Assembly: GCA_002256025.1 (NCBI GenBank)
Contig: NKIB01000473.1
Coordinates: forward strand, 1-32,320
DNA from: Asterionella formosa
Taxonomy: Eukaryota
DNA length: 32,320 nucleotides
Direction: 5' to 3'
Shown: in pieces, positions 19,003 through 27,831 of the stretch
How the letters are laid out: each line of letters starts with the position of its first letter
Numbering within the stretch: the first letter of the stretch is position 1
Made by a program: the position numbers and the translations under genes
The notes under the pieces: model-generated
What the model was told of the DNA's origin: nothing
Databases searched by the model: none
The model's input: only the letters and a program-made list of their open reading frames with translations

Positions 19003-22000
19003 CTATAGATACATATTCATCAGTTGGGGAAGATGATTCTTCTTGTCTTTCTTTATTTCACCGTATTCATCATTCCATTCCCATACCCTCGCAAGTTCCC
19101 GTCCAGTTTCGGACACACTTCGTTTGAGCTTCCCGAGTGCTGTCTCGAAATCTTTCATTGTGACAGGACGGAGCCTTTGAAACGCCCCATTTTCGAGGCC
19201 TTCACCTTGGTCAAGAAGTTTGGCCTGTTCGTGGCTTATTTGTACAACTGCTTCACGACAGACTTCCTTGATATCGGATCCAGTATAGCCTTCAAGGCGC
19301 GCAGCAATCTGTGTCATATTAACACCAGGATCAAGGCGATTTTCTGCCATGGTGACTTCCAGGATCTCCGTTCTCGTCTCTAGATCAGGCAAGTCCACCA
19401 AGATTCTTCGTGGGAATCGTCGAAGGACAGCTTCATCGAGATCGAATGGTCGATTGGTCGAACCAATGACGACAACACGATCAGAACCAGCTTCACCATT
19501 GCCGTTTGTCCCAGAGTTCAGACCGTCCCACTCACTCATCATGGTCGTCTTCACACTTGTCAATGTACCGTGCGCAGAGTCGTCCGATGAACCTTCACGG
19601 CTAGAAAGGAGAGAATCGACCTCGTCAATAAAGATGACGCAAGGAGCCAGTCTGCGAGCCAGTGTAAACACAGCCTTGGCATTCTTTTCTGATTCACCAA
19701 GCCACTTGTTCTCTACAGACGATGCATCAACACTTAAAAAAGAAGCCCCGCCTTCTGTTGCTACTGCCTTTGCCAACATAGTCTTCCCCGTTCCCGGAGG
19801 ACCAAAAAGTAGGACTCCTTTCACGGCTTCTCGAGCTATACCTTCGCTATATAAATGTGGAAATTTCAGTGGGTAGGTAATTGACTGGCGAAGGAGCTCC
19901 TTCACTTCAGTCAGGCCCCCAATCATGTCGTATGTGACGCCAATATCTTGGGGTGAGACAACTTGCGATACAAGCGCTCGCTCATGCTTATCTTGTGCCA
20001 TGGCCATAATGTCCTCTTTACTTCGGTGAGATGCCATGGATGTCGCCAGTGTGATGCCTCCACTTGGAGATGGGCTGATTCGACATGACATGGATAGAGC
20101 AGTTTCAAGATTCGATGGATGAATGAATTGATAATCGTTTGCCTCTTGCAAAATTCCTTCATCTGTCATCAACAGTTGGCTCAGGGAAATATCAACATTA
20201 AGGTCACCACAGCTCTCGGGAGATTCCTTGTCCTTTATGCTCTTTGAGGCTTCAAGCTCAATAGCAAATTTTATAACATCTTCCATTTCATCTCCAATAT
20301 CGCGAACAGACAACATTTGTCGAATTGCTGAGCCAGCTCCATTAGATCCAGTCTTTTGTTCAAGAGAGAGAAATCGAGCTGACAGCTCTTCGATGAGAGA
20401 ACGTCGGTTTCTTCTAAACACTACCGATCCTCGTTCTCGAGCCATCCATGCATCCCAAGACTTGGCTCGGACCGGATCTGCTGGGCTAGTGACTGTGATA
20501 GACCTACAAAGTGACTCCAGCTTGCTCAAGTGACGCTCCGCTTTATCCGGTCTGTTGCTGCCATCTGCAGAGTCGTCGCTATCCTTATTGCCGTTCTTCC
20601 CCTTATTTGCTTGCACTATTGCAGCTGCAGCTGCAGCGGCACGAATACGATTCTTCTTCCCTTCACCTTCATCACTGTTTAGAATTTTTTGAAACCATCC
20701 AGGCTTGGGACGATTCATGGGCGGGACATATACGCTTAGCATAACGCCTTGGCACTTGGGGTCTGTCAAGGCAGGAGCAGCTCGGCTTAGGTTTTCAGCA
20801 ATGCCTTGTCTCAAATTTTCATTCTTGAGCAATTGAGAAAATGCCTTCGACAGGTCATCCCCATCTGTTTCCATGATAGCCAATCGATCCAACAGCTCTG
20901 ACATTGCTGTTTGAAGGGCATGCTGCACTACTTCAGGAGGAGGTTGTTGAATGTCGTTTTCATTCGGCATGGGCACCGTAGGAGCAGCGTTGTTGTTATT
21001 ATTATTGGTCAAACTAGCATTGAAGAACTGAGGCGGCGTCATTGGTCCTCCACCAGGACCACTTTGAGTTTGTTGAGCCGCCATTTCAGTCCATCGTTCC
21101 ACTTCGGCCTTGGCTTGTTCGTCATCCCCTTCCTTGGCTTGCATGGCCATCATATGAGGAAATAAATTACCCGCTTGTGGTGGAGCAATTGCTCCTAGAA
21201 TTCCAGGATTTCCTTCACCATCCACGGTCCTTGCTAGGAAAATATTGAAACGTCTAGATCCTTCCGGATCATTCTGCCCTGACGCATTTTGATTCTGTGG
21301 CGAGAATCCAAACCATGGAGCATTTCCCTCCATCATGGGTTCCCCTCCTTGTCCAAACTGCTTTGGGGCCATCATATCTGAAGGTGTGACTTCTACTGGC
21401 AAGGTTGTGGTTGTGGCGTCGATGCCCTTTCCTAAAACGAGTAAATGTATGCTTTCTGACGATGTACATTCCTGCATCAAGTACTCCACCGCCGACTTGC
21501 CCTTCAGCAAGGCGGACGATGCTTCTGTCCTCAAGAAGACCAAAAGCGGCCGAGTGGGCGTCGTGTGTTGAGTTTTCTTCCATGCGTCTTCCCAAAGTTG
21601 CATTTCTTCACAACTTGCCTTCGCTCGTTCATCAAAGGGATCGTCGAGACCAGTCATCAAATCCATCTTCATACGTTCCACCAAACTTCCCCTTGAGGAA
21701 GTCAATTTTCCTTCTTTTGCCACCGACAACAATGCTTCCAAGAGGGCAGCTGGCTTGATGAAATCTTCTGGATATCTCTGCAATTGTTTCCTGACATTTT
21801 GAATGACAGCATCATCCACGACAACCATGGCACACCCTAAGGAATGTGCTAATGCCATCGCAATTGTTTCTTGCATGGCTAGGGTTGGTCCCACGTCTCC
21901 AGCTGCTTCTCCATTAGGGTACATCATAATTCCAGTCGACTGAGGAAAGGCTTGTCGCCACTGCGGTTGTGTAGCCATGGAAAGTGCTGCTTGGAGGGCT

Positions 22001-22773
22001 TGAGATGAGGCCTTGCTCAAGAACTTTCTATGTGTCGTTTGTGGTTGCGTGTTCCACTCCAAGAGCAACGCAGCATACAAGGTGCGACGGTCCAATCTTA
22101 TTTTGGACGCCATATCAATGGACTTTGCGTGCTGGTGCAGATATTCCAGTCCCGACGATGTGGGAGGCAAAAAGATGTGCGGAGCCCAGGCATCCAGTAG
22201 GGCTTGCGTCATGGTCTCGGCAGAAGTCCCCTTGGGTGGTTTCGCCTTTTTCGCTTTGCGGGTAGTTCCCAGTTTAACGGCTCCCCGATTGCTCCCCGCC
22301 GAGGTGGTTGTCGCCTTGCGTGATTTCGATGGTTCATCCCCATTCTTTTCTCCGACAAGTTCAACTTGTACCTGAAAGGGCGGCTCAAAATCCAAGATTG
22401 TTTCGTCCCACTCTTCGTCCGTCAGTTCGTCGTCGTCATCGCTATCGTCATCACCTGGGTCTCCCACTGCGTTGGACTTTTTGTGTGGCTTGACTCCCAC
22501 CTCGATTCCTTCGGAGGAGGTCCCGTCTTGGATGCCTTCATCCTGGTCTGGGGCTGCCAATTCCACGACTGCTGCCTCGTTGCTGTTGTTGTCGTTGCTG
22601 CTGAGTTGCAGCGCTGCGTCCCGAGTGGAACTATTCGTATTGGCTGCGGCATCATCCCTGGTTCCTCCCCGAGGCGATGGAAGCAGCCAGGAGCGCGGGT
22701 ATGCTTGAGTGGAAGGCGTTCCCAGCAGCAGGGCGAGCGCTATTACAGCTGGCAATGTCACGGTTGTTCGCAT
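19003..22773 (-). CDS. Large AAA+ ATPase, Msp1/ATAD1/spastin-related clade, with N-terminal signal peptide
   Basis: Walker A GPPGTGKT, pore loop NKWLGE, Walker B IFIDEVD, SRH STNRPFDLDEAVLRRFPRR, lid GYTGSDIKEVC and C-terminal WNDEYG. N-terminus MRTTVTLPAVIALALLLGTPSTQA-YP...RGG. Intronless, 1256 aa. Confidence 0.92.
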   Translation of the reverse strand: MRTTVTLPAVIALALLLGTPSTQAYPRSWLLPSPRGGTRDDAAANTNSSTRDAALQLSSNDNNSNEAAVVELAAPDQDEGIQDGTSSEGIEVGVKPHKKSNAVGDPGDDDSDDDDELTDEEWDETILDFEPPFQVQVELVGEKNGDEPSKSRKATTTSAGSNRGAVKLGTTRKAKKAKPPKGTSAETMTQALLDAWAPHIFLPPTSSGLEYLHQHAKSIDMASKIRLDRRTLYAALLLEWNTQPQTTHRKFLSKASSQALQAALSMATQPQWRQAFPQSTGIMMYPNGEAAGDVGPTLAMQETIAMALAHSLGCAMVVVDDAVIQNVRKQLQRYPEDFIKPAALLEALLSVAKEGKLTSSRGSLVERMKMDLMTGLDDPFDERAKASCEEMQLWEDAWKKTQHTTPTRPLLVFLRTEASSALLKGKSAVEYLMQECTSSESIHLLVLGKGIDATTTTLPVEVTPSDMMAPKQFGQGGEPMMEGNAPWFGFSPQNQNASGQNDPEGSRRFNIFLARTVDGEGNPGILGAIAPPQAGNLFPHMMAMQAKEGDDEQAKAEVERWTEMAAQQTQSGPGGGPMTPPQFFNASLTNNNNNNAAPTVPMPNENDIQQPPPEVVQHALQTAMSELLDRLAIMETDGDDLSKAFSQLLKNENLRQGIAENLSRAAPALTDPKCQGVMLSVYVPPMNRPKPGWFQKILNSDEGEGKKNRIRAAAAAAAIVQANKGKNGNKDSDDSADGSNRPDKAERHLSKLESLCRSITVTSPADPVRAKSWDAWMARERGSVVFRRNRRSLIEELSARFLSLEQKTGSNGAGSAIRQMLSVRDIGDEMEDVIKFAIELEASKSIKDKESPESCGDLNVDISLSQLLMTDEGILQEANDYQFIHPSNLETALSMSCRISPSPSGGITLATSMASHRSKEDIMAMAQDKHERALVSQVVSPQDIGVTYDMIGGLTEVKELLRQSITYPLKFPHLYSEGIAREAVKGVLLFGPPGTGKTMLAKAVATEGGASFLSVDASSVENKWLGESEKNAKAVFTLARRLAPCVIFIDEVDSLLSSREGSSDDSAHGTLTSVKTTMMSEWDGLNSGTNGNGEAGSDRVVVIGSTNRPFDLDEAVLRRFPRRILVDLPDLETRTEILEVTMAENRLDPGVNMTQIAARLEGYTGSDIKEVCREAVVQISHEQAKLLDQGEGLENGAFQRLRPVTMKDFETALGKLKRSVSETGRELARVWEWNDEYGEIKKDKKNHLPQLMNMYL

Positions 22774-23109
22774 GGTATTGTGTTGTGGATTTTGTGTGCG
22801 TCAATTCGATCTGATGAGCTCTGTTTTGCTGAATGCAGCGGCAATTAGGACCTATCGTTCCTCTCTCGGCGAACCAGGGTAGTAAGGCAGTATAAACAAT
22901 GGAATGATGGATGGAAGACAAACACGAACAATGGCTCTTGTACAAAATGCCTAATTAAATGATAGCCATGCAGAAAACATATGCAGTGGCAGGAGCCGCA
23001 ACAGAATTCCAAAATATTACACGGTATGACCTCGCTCGAACAATCCTTCTCGTCTCGTCTTGCATACGATCATACCAGTGCATTATAGTAATACCACTGA
23101 GGGTTCCCT

Positions 23110-23810
23110 GGACCTGGTACCTATCATACTCAACGTCGGCTGAGGTGGGGATGTACGGGCGGTTCATTTCCACCGTGGTACCAGGTACTTTCGTCCGACT
23201 TCGATTCGATTTGTTCGCTTTCGCTCGTCGCTTCATATGTAGACTACCGGTATGTTGCGCTGTAGTACTCCCTTCCAGGTAGTTAGTAAGCAAGCACCAG
23301 ATGATACCTGCTCCACCAGCGTGCCAGTTTACCATGTACCAAAGCAATCATGCTGTGATCGCCACGTGTTGATTCGAGCCAACATTGACGGACAGGCGGT
23401 TCAGGGATCATAATACGACTACCGGTACATGAAGCTACCTGGTACCCTGGTACCAGTACCAGCACCTGGTACAGTACGGTACCGGTACTCGGACAGTATA
23501 ATGGCGGCGGTAGTGAACAGCCGCCAATGGCACCAGCAGTCGAATCATTGGAAAGCAATAACCAAATCGACTACCGATGCCTGTTACAGGGTACCGTACC
23601 AGTACCAGGTACCACGTACCGGTATTCATACCCTATTTCTACATCGTACGTACATGTACAAATAGTATTAGACTAAAGTTAGCCTACCAGTAGTCAAATG
23701 TGTAGTATATATTGCATATATTTAATAAAACAAAAAGGTCACTCTGAACGCATTATTTATTAGTTACATGCCGGCCGATAATACCAGGTAAACGGTTACC
23801 TGGTAACCTC
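23110..23810. repeat. Dense cluster of iterated palindromes in the divergent AAA/MANF intergenic region
   Basis: TACCGGTA at 23245, 23420, 23480 and 23617. tacctggtaccctggtaccagtaccagcacctggtacagtacggtaccggta at 23436-23487. Perfect hairpin taccaggtaa-acgg-ttacctggta at 23782-23805. Confidence 0.88.
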
Positions 23811-23946
23811 TACTCACAGCCGCCCATATTTCTAATGTGTATAATGTTACGTACTGATATGTGTCCACGTGCATTTGCTAAAATCGATTCCATTCCACTC
23901 CTCATTTCCTCACACTATATAATCTCCTCCGTTGTCACTATTTACA

Positions 23947-24590
23947 ATGAAGACTGGTTCCATCACTCTCACACTTCTTGCCGCCTTCGCCCTCACGGCT
24001 GATGTAGTTTTTGCCAGAGAAGAATGTGAAGGTGAGTAGACCAGTTGTTGAACTTGCCCAGCTGTAATATCAAGTCATGAAGGAAGTGCAACAATGACTC
24101 GATTGGCGTTGGCAGCGTTTCGATAGCGCTCACTCGCTCTCACTTACACTCTCTCTTTACCTTCACTTTAGCATGCGTCAAGGTCATTGATGATGTACGC
24201 TCCACCATGTCCAAGGCTGAACTCAAGAGCAAACCTGCCATTGAAGCCGCCTTGGGGGCATTTTGTGCCAAGGAAACCTTGAATCCACGCGAAAAGAAAC
24301 TTTGCTACTATATTGACCCCATCAAGCGGGATGTGGCACAGCCATTTTCATTGGGAATGTCCGCTTTGAAAGTCTGTCAACGCATATCCACGGCCAATCC
24401 CGAAATTTGCACCGTCAAGTTCCCTGTGGAAACCAAGAATTTGGAACCCAAGGATTTGAGTAAATTGAGAGTCAAGCAATTGAAACAGATTTTGGGTGAG
24501 CGAGGTGTGGATTGCAAGGGTTGTATCGAAAAGGATGAATTTATCAAAAGAGTTCAAGAAACGGAGCATTTGGCAGGAGAGGATTTGTAG
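23947..24590 (+). CDS. MANF: MANF/ARMET (CDNF/MANF family) ER protein; two exons, 23947-24031 and 24172-24590
   Basis: Exon 1 MKTGSITLTLLAAFALTADVVFAREECE (signal peptide) splices in frame to ACVKVIDD..., restoring the CxxC (CEAC). Saposin-like FC..KLCYYI..KVC..EIC, SAP-like LSKLRVKQLKQIL..RGVDCKGCIEKDEFIKRV, and KDEL-like end GEDL. 167 aa. Confidence 0.92.
24032..24171 (+). other. Spliceosomal intron in MANF (140 bp, phase 1)
   Basis: GTGAGT donor, CTCAC branch-like sites, pyrimidine tract, TTTAG acceptor; removal restores the frame. Confidence 0.9.
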
Positions 24591-24779
24591 ACGTTTGGTT
24601 TTCTCAAGTTTAAATTCGCATGTTGTCCAACTGTTTTAGAGCGAAATGGGCAAACAACTTGCAACAATTAGGTTTTTACTTCTAGTAGATAAGAGGGCCG
24701 GGACCAAGGAGTAGTAGTGTTTACAACATGGTAAGCAGCGGACACAATAAATCTGGTCAAGCTATCTTTTCACATGACC

Positions 24780-25650
24780 TACTGTTGGACGAAGACAAAC
24801 AGTTTGTGGACTTGCTTGCTGCGAAGGCATAAGCAGCAGAAAGTAGAGTGCGATTGGGTTGATGTAGCTGTCCTCGTTGAACACTGGTACCAGGTGCATA
24901 GTAATGTTGCCCAGTTCTTCCTTGTAAGCATGTATGTGATCATTGAATGAACTGTTAACCAATAGTGTTTAGTGCATTTGATTTGTATTATGTTTGTGAT
25001 CCAACAAAAAATCAATAAGTAAAGGGTGGTGTAAAACTGCCAGAAACCATTTGTCGGGCGGAGCATTGGATTATTTCTTGGATAATGACATGGCATATAG
25101 TCTGGTGTTGCCTTAGTAGTAGTTGGACAGCTGCTACCTTGCTGGCTTGGCTTATACTTTTGGTTGGTGAATAAAATTCACCTTTGATAGATGAGCATTG
25201 GCCATTGTGGACAAAAAAATTCTTCTCATCAACAATTAGAAAATCAATTTCAACCTTCTCAGTACTCGTGTTTGCAACATTTTGGTCTGGGTTGCTGATT
25301 TCATTTCATGCAGCTAGCTAATAGTTCAATGCTTCCTTCAAGACAATGGATTTGTTTTTTTGATTTGTCACCAGTTGATTTTGCAACATGCAACCTTTCT
25401 GACATGGTGGATTGATCAATCAGCCTTTCGACTTTGCTGATCTCAATTTTTGCCAACTTTTTTCCTTTGGGGCATTCCTGACCCCAAAAATCACTTTGTG
25501 ATGATATCATTATCTTGTTCTCGCTATTTGTGCATTCACCATTATGCTAGCCTGGTGGTCCCAGATTGGATCCTTTTGATATACCATACTATATGAGCAG
25601 TTGAGTTTATTTATCAGAAACTGATGAGCATTTTAGAAAGGTTTTTACTA
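24780..25650 (-). mobile_element. Degenerate TE-like relic (possibly a Harbinger ORF2 fragment)
   Basis: CpG-poor, TG/CA-rich stretch with broken reading frames. The minus-strand peptide ECPKGKKLAK resembles the RPxGxKxAK motif of NAM-associated Harbinger ORF2 proteins with an R>C change. Confidence 0.3.
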
Positions 25651-26404
25651 AACAATTGCCTGCTCTGGCGGCCCTCCCAAAAGATTTGCTAACCATTCCA
25701 TTTCACAATATGTATGATGATTGTTTGCTTCATCCATCATCGAAGTTGTTTACGTACATAAAGCAATATTATGTACTCTATGTAATGGGTCCAGGCCCAT
25801 TGGGGTTCGGCCTTCTGCCAACACAAATATATACCGATGCATAACACCGGGTATGTGCAGTACCAGGGTACGTACTTATTTATGCAGCCAAGCGGTCGTG
25901 CACACTTGAAGTGGATCGAAATTTTCGTTCAAATAGCTATTTGGATTTTACGACCACTTGAAAAAACGTGTACATGATACATACGGAGTACATTAAATAT
26001 GTAGTGCCAAGCACCAAGGCAGTGCGTTTTCTTCCCCTCTCCATCATGTTAAAAGTTACTACATAAGAAGTATTTTATATCTATTTTCTTGCCTCGTTTT
26101 GACATCAGATATCATCAAGCAACATTGGCTTGACGAATCTATGTTAGTATTCCTTATTATTACATAGACTAAAGCAGGACCCTGTTTCATCGTCAGTACA
26201 TTTCTTATTATCTGCCTTCAATCGTAGTTGCAAGTGTGCAATACATTTAAAACCAACCAGCATAAGAATCCTCCTTCAATCAGCAAAGACAAGCGTTCCG
26301 TTTTGATCCCGCGATCAAATTCTGTTTCAGTTTCACTTCTTTGCAGTTCTCCCTTAGCAACTACATCAGCACTTACAGCGGTTCTGTAGTCAGTTTCGGC
26401 AGCC

Positions 26405-27619
26405 ATGAAACAGCAGACCATGCTTGTACCGACACTGCTCGTGTGCCTGTCGTCCCAATCGTTGGCGTGGGCTCCTTCCCATTCGGCCTCACCACACCTC
26501 TCACAGAACTCGCTCAAGCCACGCGTCTCTCAGAGCTACATTGCCTCTCATGTCCAAGCCAATCCACTGGACGAGTCATCCTCCACGAAACTGGATGCAC
26601 AGCTGGACTCTAACAGAGTCTCCCCTGTGACTGACCTTCAAACCGTACTCGTGGCATGGCGAGACTTTGAATGGAACGAGGAAGTTGTCACGAAGGCCAT
26701 GAACGCCATGCTCCTTGTTACCACCTTTGGATATGCCCTGTATACCATATTGTCCGTTGACAATGGCATGACTCGAGGGTGGACGCAGTCGGAAATCGCA
26801 ATGCGCATTCCCGTTGATAATTGGTCCTCCTACGAATCCGCGCTGGCGGAATCGCCAATTGTTACCAAAACAACAATTAATGTTATTATTTACTTATTGG
26901 GAGATTGGCTATCTCAAACGGTTTTTGCGAAGAAAAACGTTCTAGACTTTGATGCCAAGCGGACGCTCAGGAATGGATTCATTGGCCTGTGCTTTGGACC
27001 GTTGGTGCACATGTACTACGAATGGTCGGACCTGATTTTACCAGTCGAAGCTGGCCTCATGAATCGAGTCAAGAAAATTTTTATGGATCAAACAATATAC
27101 CTATCCGTCAAGTGCAGCATATATATTTGTGCCGTGGGATTGCTAGCAGGAGAAGATTGGGAAACTGTCAAGCAGACTGTCAAGGAGCGGATTGGCCCAG
27201 TGTGTTTTACCGCTTGGAAATTTTGGCCGCTTGTGCATTGCATCACCTATGGGATTATTCCAGCACGGCATCGGATTTTGTGGGTCAATTGTGTCGATCT
27301 TGTGTGGAATGCTATCTTGTCAACCATGAGTAGAAAAGCGGACCCAGAGGTGGCAGAAGCACCGGTGGGTGTGGCGGTGCTGTATAAGGGACCAGAGGAA
27401 GGCTTTCAGACTATTCCTGCTCCAATTGTGGAATCAGGTACGACAATCAATAAAATGTTGTTGGGGGGAGTTGGTGTCAAGGAGGACATTGAAATCGAAA
27501 AAGAGCCAAATCCCATGCCACTCTACGATCCACCGATATATGATGTTTATGAATCATCGCGAGGAACAAATACGAATGGAACTGCCACCCACGTCAACCT
27601 TGCAACGACAGCGCCTTGA
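26405..27619 (+). CDS. Mpv17/PMP22 family membrane protein with bipartite plastid-type presequence
   Basis: YESALAESPIVTKT..., GDWLSQ, FDAKRTLR..FIGLCFGPLVH.YY, KIFMDQ, WKFWPLVH.ITY..IP..HRILWVN.VDLVWNAILS. N-terminus signal peptide + SLA-WAP (ASAFAP-type). Confidence 0.92.
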   Translation: MKQQTMLVPTLLVCLSSQSLAWAPSHSASPHLSQNSLKPRVSQSYIASHVQANPLDESSSTKLDAQLDSNRVSPVTDLQTVLVAWRDFEWNEEVVTKAMNAMLLVTTFGYALYTILSVDNGMTRGWTQSEIAMRIPVDNWSSYESALAESPIVTKTTINVIIYLLGDWLSQTVFAKKNVLDFDAKRTLRNGFIGLCFGPLVHMYYEWSDLILPVEAGLMNRVKKIFMDQTIYLSVKCSIYICAVGLLAGEDWETVKQTVKERIGPVCFTAWKFWPLVHCITYGIIPARHRILWVNCVDLVWNAILSTMSRKADPEVAEAPVGVAVLYKGPEEGFQTIPAPIVESGTTINKMLLGGVGVKEDIEIEKEPNPMPLYDPPIYDVYESSRGTNTNGTATHVNLATTAP

Positions 27620-27831
27620 ACTTACAAATATGTATCATTACTATCACTTTGCGACTGGAGAAACAAAGAAACGAAAACAAACATTGACTAGTAGTATCAC
27701 TCTAACTGTCGCCGCTTCTTTGCAACTGGTTAGCAAGCCGTGCACTGAACATTCGTTCATCTATTTATTAATCTATGTTGTTTACTTACATGAAACATAA
27801 TACACAATATCGTCCACATGTCGATGCTCCC

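Noticed and set aside
19024..22848. Numerous plus-strand ORFs antisense to the AAA ATPase (and similar shadows over POP1, the peroxidase and BCKDHA)
   Set aside because: Shadow frames of real genes.
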